Positions 10,801 to 19,800 of a stretch of 32,000 bases of DNA are shown piece by piece. Below the pieces are notes generated by a model that searched no databases, had not been told where the DNA came from, and saw only the letters and a program-made list of their open reading frames with translations. The stretch's first letter is position 1. The number at the start of each line of letters is the position of its first letter. The translations under genes were made by a program, and so were the position numbers. This DNA comes from Pirellula staleyi DSM 6068 (GTDB lineage Bacteria; Planctomycetota; Planctomycetia; Pirellulales; Pirellulaceae). The stretch spans positions 1,680,001 to 1,712,000 of the forward strand of contig CP001848.1 of assembly GCA_000025185.1 (NCBI GenBank), written 5' to 3'.

Positions 10801-13800
10801 TGAGTGTGCCACTGACGATGATGTCGTCGTCGGCAGCGCCGGTATCGGTCACCGCGAGGTTCACCGCGCCGGCGGCATTGATGCTCGTGACGGTCATCGT
10901 GCCGGTCGCCGAGGTGATGTCGACGAGACCGTTGTTGGTCGTGATGCTTGTGAGCGTGATGGCGCTCGCTTCATCGATGTCGATCGCGCCGGTGCCAGTG
11001 ACGCTGGCGGTGAGCGTAGCGATGCTCGTATCGAGATCGATCCCGCTAGCGCTCGTCGCGCTCAGGTTACTCGCCGACACATTGAGCACACCTGCGTTCG
11101 CATCCGTAATCGCCCCCGTCGTCGCCACCAGCGTCGCATCGCCTACGGCCGTGATGGTGGTGACGGCGATGTCGCCACTGGCAGCAGTGAGTGTGATGTT
11201 GCCATTCACGGTCGTTGCGGACGAGACTGCGAGGCCGCTGGTCTCGTTGATGTTGATGTTGCCATTGGTTGCGCCGGTCGTGGAAACGATCAGCGACGTG
11301 ATGGTGGTGTCGAGATCGATGGCGTTTGCCACACCGGTGGCAGCCTGCGCGACCAGCAGACCGGTCGCGACGTTTACACTCGCGCCGTTGCCGTCGGAGA
11401 TCGAGCCGGTGAGCGCGGTGAGGGTCACAGCAAGTCCGGCGGTGATCGTGTTGTTCACGCTGATCGAACCACCTGAGGTCAAGCTGATCGCACCACCAGC
11501 GCCAACCATCAGCGGACCATCCACTTCGATCGTATCGGCCCCCACTCCCGTATCAATCGTGATGTTCGCATTCGCATGCGCATTGGCACCACTCGTGATG
11601 GTGACGCTGTCGGCAGCATCGGAGCCACCCGTCACGGTGTTGATCTCGACAGCGATATTGCCCGAGAGATGAACTTGCTCGAACGCCACGCCGCCGCTGT
11701 TGCCACTCACAACGAGGGCTGGAATTGCGGAGGTGGCGACCGTTGCGCCAAAGCCAGCGCTGATGTCGATCGTGTCGGCAGCGCCACCGAAGTTGACGAC
11801 GGCGCTAGCCAGATTAAACATGTTCACCGGCTCGAGACCACGGAACGTGATCGTCCCGGCGAGGGCATCGGAGGTGATCGTTCCGGCGCGGGCAATCACG
11901 GCGTCGCTGGTGTACGTTGCCGTCTGCAATCCGGTGCCGACAATCGCCAGCACATCGCCAAACGAGGGATTGCCGCCAGCTGCAACCGGCGAGCCCTGCC
12001 CTTCACCGTCGTAGTAAATCCCTCCGGGGAGCGCGACGTTGATGGCGTTGAGATTGACGTTCAGTGTGTCGTCGGAATCACCGCCGTAGAACGTGAAGGC
12101 GTTGGGTGGTGTCGTCGTCGTGTAACCACCAATCACCGCGCCATTGTTGAGCGAGTAAGTGACGGTGATGTTCCCCGCCCCATCGGCAGCTGTGACCGTC
12201 ACGATATCAGCACCCGCAGTGCCGTTAATGATCGGCTGTGAATAGAGCGCAACATCGTTCCCCGCACCTGGCCCCGCGCTATCGGCGCTGTAGCTGATGT
12301 AGAACGTGCTTCCACCCACCACCACTGCCGCTCCTTCGGCCAGCCCCGCAAACGTCCCCACCACCGCATCCGTCCCATCATTGGTGATGAGGATGATTTC
12401 CTGCAGCGTTAAAGCGTTGGGTGTGAATCCGCCGAGGAGGGAAACGTTCAGCGTAGCGCCACCAAGATTGATGGTGCCGGTGGTGTTGAGTTGATCGTGA
12501 GTGTTCGCGCCACCATCGCCGGGTGTGAGGCCGCCGATTTCGAAGCTGTATACATTGCCAGCCGAACCGACGATGTTGCCGGTGGCGAGCGTTCCGGTGG
12601 TACTGGTGCCAGTCCCTGCAGCGACGAGGCTCGCGCCAGTTCCCGAGAGTGCGCCGACCACGCTACCAGTGCCCGAGAGAGTGGCCGCAGCAGCGACATT
12701 CACCGAGGAATTAAGAGTTCCGAGGACGCGAAGTTCGCCTGTGCTGACGCTCGTCGAGCCTGCGGAGTTGCCGGCGCCGGTGAGATCGAAGCGTCCCGCG
12801 CCACTCTTGGTGAGTGCGCCGACCACTACCACATTGCCAGAGTTGGAGATGAGTCCCGCTGCTGTGACGGCGAAGTTCGAGCCGATGTTCGTCGAGCCGA
12901 GGTTGATGATGCCGCCGCTGGTGAGCGAGGCTGTTGTGGTGGTCGAGAGCAACGCCGAGGAGACGATGGTGTTGGCCGCCGTGACGCTCACCGAACCAGC
13001 CGTGGTGTTTTGGCTGAAGGTGACATCGTCGCCAGAGGCGATGACGATCGAGCCAGGCGCGCGGCTGTTGCCGACTTGTCCGTTAAAGTTCACGTCTCCC
13101 ACACCAGCGGTGATGGTGAGTGGTAGATCGGGGTTGTATTCGAGGATAAATCGGGTCGCTGCACCATTATTGATGGTGAGGTCGTTCCAGCCACCTGCGC
13201 CGATGATTTCCGCGTAATCTTCATCGCCCGACTGGTTCGGTTCGCCCGAATTCCAGTTCGTATAGAAGCCGTTCTGCGCTGTGCCGCCGGCGGTACCGAT
13301 CCAGAAAATGCTTCCTGCTTCAGGGCCATCCATCCAACGCCATGTACTTTCGGTTTGCAGATCCGAGGCACCAATCCAAGCGCGTCCACCACCGAGGGTC
13401 GCGGTGATGGCGGCGTTTTCAGCAGGCGAGGTGATGTTGGCGAGATAGCCACCAGCAGCGAGTGCCGCTGCGCGAGCAGCGGTCCAGGTGATCGGGCCAC
13501 CGGTGTTCACATTCACGTGGTTGCTGGCGATTTGATTCACTGCGCCGCCGAAGGTGACAGCAGCACCCACAGCGCCATTGGCGGTGGTGTTGATGTTGAC
13601 GGCACCAGCGAGACGAACGCCACCGCTAAAGTTGATGGCAGCCCCTTCGGTGGTGTTGCCCCGCGCGACGGTGGTTTCACCGCTGGCGGTAAACGTTTGG
13701 GTGCCGGTGGTATCGACTCCCACCAGGCTGATGTTGCTGCCGGCAAAGTTCACACTCGACAAACGATAGATCGAGCCCATTACGTTGGCGGCCGAGATCG

Positions 13801-16800
13801 TACCCGCACCAGCGTTGACGCTCAGCGACTGTGGCGAAGCGGCATTGAACTCGACGATATAGTTGCGTGTCGAGGTGATGTTCAAATCGTTCCAGCCACC
13901 CGTGCCGAATTGGAATTCGGCCCCATCTTCGTCGCCCGATTGATTCGGCTCGCCAGTGTTCCAGTTGGCGTAGTTGCCACCCACGGTCGATCCACCAACG
14001 GCGCCACTCCAGAACTGCACGTTGTTATCGGGACCATCGGCCCAGCGCCAGGCCCCTTCGACAGCGGTGTCATTTGCACCAATCCAAGCCGTTCCCGAGC
14101 CGATGGCGTTGATGCGGGAATTCTCGACAGCCGATCGAATCGAAGCGAGGTGCCCGGTAGTTCCCAGGAAGCTGAGCGAGGTGGCGGCAGTACGAGCGTT
14201 GCTCCAAGTCAGCGCCGAGGCGACGATCTGATAATGGCTCATCGTGTCCACGGTGCCGCCGAACACCACATTACCGCCCGCGGTGTTGATCGTGGTTCCG
14301 CTGAGGACGTTGAGAGGTCCGCTGAACGTCACCGCGCCGCCGCTGGTGGTGTGGGTGGCGCGAGTGATGATCGAGTTCGTCGAGGCAAACGTTTGTGCGC
14401 CGGTCGTGGTGACGTCGTCGACCACGATCAGCGGAGCATTCATCGAAACCGATGTCAGAACTGCGCCGCTACCGATGTTGCCACCGACAATCACCGAGCT
14501 TCTTCCATTGGCGGTCAGGGTGCGAGCCCCGCCGCTGCTGTCGATCGTCGACGCAAACTGCAAATCGTCGCCACTTACGGTGACGTTCGTCGCCAAACTA
14601 ACGGTCGAGTTGACTGTCAGGTCCGAAATTGTGGCGACATTGCCACCAAAGCTCGTGCTCGCCGCGCTGATCGTCACGTTGTTGAGCGGCTGATTATTGT
14701 CGCCGACTCCCGCGCCAAACGTCACGTTGCTGCTGCCAGTGCTAATCGTCAAGTCGGCTGCAAACAGGCTGCTGCCGTACTCGATGATATAGGCGTTCGA
14801 CGAACCGACCCCCAGGTCGTTCCAAGTGCCGTTGGCGATCATCGTCGCCGCATCTTCATCGGGCGAGTTGTTCGGTTCACCGGTGCCGTTCCAGTTGGCA
14901 TAGTTGCCACCCACCGTCACGCCGCCCGAGCCACTCCCTGTCCCTTGCCAGAACTGCACCCCTGCGTCAGGGCCGTCGGCCCAACGCCAAGCACCTTCCA
15001 CCAAGACGTCGTTGGCGCCGATCCAAACAGTGGAGGTTCCACCAATCGAGCGGACATAAGCGTTTTCAGCAGCCGAACGAATGTTGACGAGATAGCCGCT
15101 CATTCCATCGAGCGTCGAAGCGAGCGCTAGTGCGCGAGCGTTTGTCCAGTTTTGACCAGCGCCGACAAACACATAGCCCTTCAGCGCGCGAACGTTGCCG
15201 GTGAAGCTCACCGAGCCATCGGTCCCTGCCAGCGAGTCGGTATCGAGCACCAGGCTTTCACCAATTCTCGCATCGCCGTTGATGGCAATCGAACCGGCAT
15301 TGGTACCCAGATCGGTGCTAATGTTGGCCGAGATTTCCGTGCGCTCGGCATTGATCGTCAGGTTGCCGGTGTTGGCAGCGTTGCCGAGTCCCAGTGCGCC
15401 GGTGATCCGCACGATATCGCTCGCGCCGTCGCCGTTGATCGTGACAGCCGACCGCAGATCGGAGCCAGGAGCAACCGTCAGCACTCCAGCATCGGCCCCC
15501 ATGTTGATGGTGAGCTGCTGAGTCGGAACGCTAAACGTGGTGACTTCGAAGGTCGGAGTTCCGTTTTGACTCCGCAGACGGATGAGCCCGTCCCCAAGCA
15601 GTCCGTTATCTTCCAAGATCGCTTGGTCGCTGGTCCCCGGGAGATTGAAAATGGCGATCGCTGGCGAGGCATCGAAATCGGTGAGGACCGGTTCGAGGCC
15701 GGTGTAAGTGATCAGCGTGCCGTCGATGCTGATCGAGCCATCGGTGGCGTTCACATAGTTGTAGGTGACAGTGTTCGGGTTTCCGCCGAGCACTTCCAAA
15801 TCGTCGCCATCGACACCTTGTGTGTTGCCATGGACGGTGATGGGAAGAGCGAAGATCCCGCCCGATGCGGTGTAGTCGATCACGAAGTCGTCGTCGCCAC
15901 CTTGGCCACTGATTTCCAGCGACGAGAGTTGCGACAGCGGAGTGTTGATCGTCAGCACGTTATCGATGAAGACTTGCAGATTGCCGCCACTGGTTTGAAC
16001 GCGGAAATCCTGGTCCAAATTGGTGCCGACCACGGTCGGAGTTTGATCGTAGGCGAGCGTCACGCTATTCGCGCCGTAGGTCAGCTGCATCGGCGCGCCG
16101 TTGATCACGACGAGCCCACTGGTGGGATAGTTGGCGAAAGTGCCACTGATGCCGCCAGCTGCCGAGACAAGCGTTAAGGTGTCGCCTGGGACAGGAACAT
16201 AGCTTCCGGACAGCTGCAGGGTTGCGCCACTCAGAGCGATCGCGCCGCTGCTGCTGAGCGCGTCGTAGCTCCCCGCAGTGTTGCCGCTGATCACCAGTTC
16301 GACGATGCCAGTGGAGCTAAGCGCGGCACTCCCAACCGACAGCGTTCCGGTGGGATTGCCGGGGGCCACGGTCGAAAGCGCTGCTGCGGCAACCGCACCT
16401 GCAATGGTGCCGGTCCCTTCGAGTCGCGCGCCGCTGGCAACGGTGACGTCGGTGGCAGCTGCTCCATCGACGAGCGAGCCATTCACGCGCAGCGTCCCTT
16501 GCGAAACCGTCGTGACGCCGCTGAAGTTGCTGCTGCCACCCAGCGTCAGCACGCCGGTCCCTTGCTTCGTGAGGAAGTTGTTCCCCAAGAGCGAAATCGA
16601 GAGAGCGGCCGGATCGATCACACGCCGACCAAACGGATTGGTGCCATCGAGCTGCTGCCAGAAGGCCTGCACTCCCGAACCGCCATTCCCTTCGTAGTAC
16701 GTGATTTCGATATCGTGCACACCGGCGGTCAAGACGATATCGCCTGTGCGTGTCGTCATCCCTTGCGAGAAGTTGTTGTCGACAACCTGCGTGCCATTGA

Positions 16801-19800
16801 TGAAGAGCTTGCTACCGTCGTCGCTGCGGGTGCCGAAGCGGTACGTCGCATTTTCGGGAACGGTGATTTTTCCGACCCAGCGGCCACCGATGTTGTCCGC
16901 TCCAACATTCACGCCAACGCCTGCATAGACGTTGCCGTTGCTGCCGCCGCGCTCGATCGTGCCACCGAGTCCCGAGGTAATCTCCGTGCCGATACCGAAG
17001 TCGACAAAGCGGGTGAACTTGGTGGTGGGAAGCAGCGTGACGAGCTGATTGGGAAGCGCCACGGTGCCGGGCGAATTGAGCAGCGTGGTGGCCGAGCTGG
17101 GGAATGCGGGGGCGATCGAAGCGGCGTTGAAATACTGGCCGCGCAGACCACCGGGAACAAACGTTCCGGGCGTCGCGATGTCGTTGAGCAGCACGCTCGA
17201 AGGGATGATCTGCCGCGCGAACGACTGACTGCCAGCGCTCAATTGCCAGCTCGCTTGGATACCACCATTGCCACCACTGTCGAACGCTGCGATCAGGATG
17301 TCGTAATCACCCGGGGTGAGATAAATGGTGCCGCTGCGGTTAGTCATCCCTTGCGCGAAGTTGTTATTCACCACTTCGCGACCATTGATGAAGAGCTTGC
17401 TTCCATCGTCGCTGCGGGTGGTGAATTGATAGTGGCCAGCCACCGTAATGCGGATCCGACCTTCCCAGTAGGCCGCCATGTCGTTGCCGACATTCACCCC
17501 AATGCCACCAAAGAAATTGCCGCTGCTGTCACCACGATCCAGGATCGAGCCATTGCCTGGAATGGTTTCTGTTCCACCACCGAAGTCGATCGTGGGGGTC
17601 AGGTAGTTGGCAACGGTGGGGATGTAGGACTGTAAGTTGATCGGCGTCGAAGCGACGTTGATCGGATTGAGGAACGTCGTAGCGCCGCCAGCACCAAGCG
17701 CGTAGTACTCGCCACGGAGACCCCCTTGCACATTGGCTGAGCTGCCGAGTCCCGTCACGTTGCCGGTGACGGTGGTGTTGCCACTTCCCGAGACGCGAAG
17801 ACCCGAGAGTCCGACATCCATGCTGCCGATCGTCAGGCTCGTCCCATCGTTATGAATTCCCATCGTGCCACGATCGACGATCGCAGCCTTCACAGCGCCA
17901 GGGAGCGAAGTGCTTCCCGAGAGAATCACCAGTCCGGTGTTGCCCGCTGCGGCGACATTGCCGAGCGTGATATCTTCCCCAGCGCCAAAGGTCAGATTCC
18001 CTTGCAGCGCCAGCGTTGCGCCGTCACTCACGTAGGTGTCGCTCGTCGTGGTGCCGAGCGCGGCACTCGTTGTGGCCACGAGCGTTCCCCCTGTCACACG
18101 TGTCGGTCCGCTATAGCTCGAGCCGGTGCCAGTGAGGGTGAGCGTTCCGGTGCCATGCTTCGAGAGACCACCATCGATCGTGCGCAAACTGGTCGCGCCA
18201 CCACCGGCGGTTTCGCTCGGCGAGGTGTAGAGCAGGCCATCGACGGTGCTGGTGCCACTGTCGCTGATACCAAAACCAAAGGTCAATCCGAAGTTATTGG
18301 CAGGCACGGCACCACCGTCGCCACCACCATCGCCGAAGCGGATTTCGATGTTGTGCCAGCCGTCCCCGTTGGGGCCCATGCCAAGGTTCAAGCGACCGGT
18401 GCCGGTAGGTGTGCCAGCGTTGGTGTCGCGCAGGTAGAGAGCGCCGTCGATCGTGATCCGGACGTTGTCGTCCATCGATTCGGCAAACGAGACGATCCCA
18501 TCGGCGTCGAAGAACTGACCGGTATAGACCCAAGTGACGTTATCGTTGAGCCAGTAGATGCCGGGGTTTCCGCCGACGCGCGACGTCGCATTGCCAGCCG
18601 GTGTGCCGAGTCGTTGCACGGTGCCAGGATTCGGGCTGGTTTCGTCGAAAGCGCCTGCGAGGAGCCCTTCGAGCAAGCCTTCCTGCTCGTAGCCCAGCAC
18701 GTTGCCGCTTACGAGAGTATTGCCGCTGCCGTCGATCTCCAGTTCAGCGCCGCCGCGAAGTGTGATATCGCTGGTGAGGTTCAGCTGCGACCCAGCATTG
18801 GTGATCATCGCCTGGCCCAGCGCGGTGATCGGACCGGCGATGGTGGAGGTGCCACTCGCGAGGCGAATTGCGCCGTTGAGGTTGTTGCCACGCCCGTTGA
18901 TCGAAAGGGCTTCCGAGGCGGGCAGATTCAAACCTGCAGCGACCAGCAGTTGGCCACCCGCTTGCACCAGCGTATCGCCGTCGCCTGAGCCGAGGGCATT
19001 GTTACTCGTGATACTGACGACACCCGCATTGATGCGCGTCAAACCGACGTAGTTATTGCCAGTTCCGGCGAGGGTGAGTGTGCCGCCACCGTTCTTGACG
19101 ATGCCACCATCGGGCGTGCGCAAGCGCGTGGCGGTTCCATCGATCGTCTCTTCGAGCTTCTGCAGATCGGCGACGTTGCCATTCACGGCCGGATTGCCAC
19201 TTTCGCTCCAGGCAAAACCGTAGGTGCTGCTCCAACCGGTGAAACCGTTGGTGCTGCCACTCGCACCAGCGCCACCACCACCGTTGCTGAAGCGGACCTC
19301 GATATCGTGCCAGCCATCGCCGTTGGGACCCATCCCCAGGTTCAGCGTGCCGGTGCTCGTAGCGACATTCCAGACGCTGTTGTCGAGTCGCACGACCCCA
19401 TCGATCACCACGTAGGTCCGGTCGTCGATCTGCTCGGCAAAGGCGACAACACCATCGGCGTCGTAGAACTGACCGTTGTAAACCCAAGTGGTAGTGCCAG
19501 CCCACGGCGCGACGGAGTTGGCAAACATCTGGCCAAAGCGGAAGCCGTTGGTGAGACCACCATAACCGGCGTAGATCGAGGTGCCGTTGTTAGCCGCGAA
19601 CGACATGTTGCCGCTTTGCGAAGCTTCAAGCAGACCCTCTTGATAGCCGCCCAGTACGTTGCCCGTGATGTTCGTGCTGCCGTTGCCCGAGACCGTGAGA
19701 GTGGCAAATCCGAGGGTGACGTTGCCACTGATGTTATGCGTACCGGCGTCGACATTGATGGTGCCGGAGGTGGCGAGCGTGAGCGGGGTACTGATGGTGT

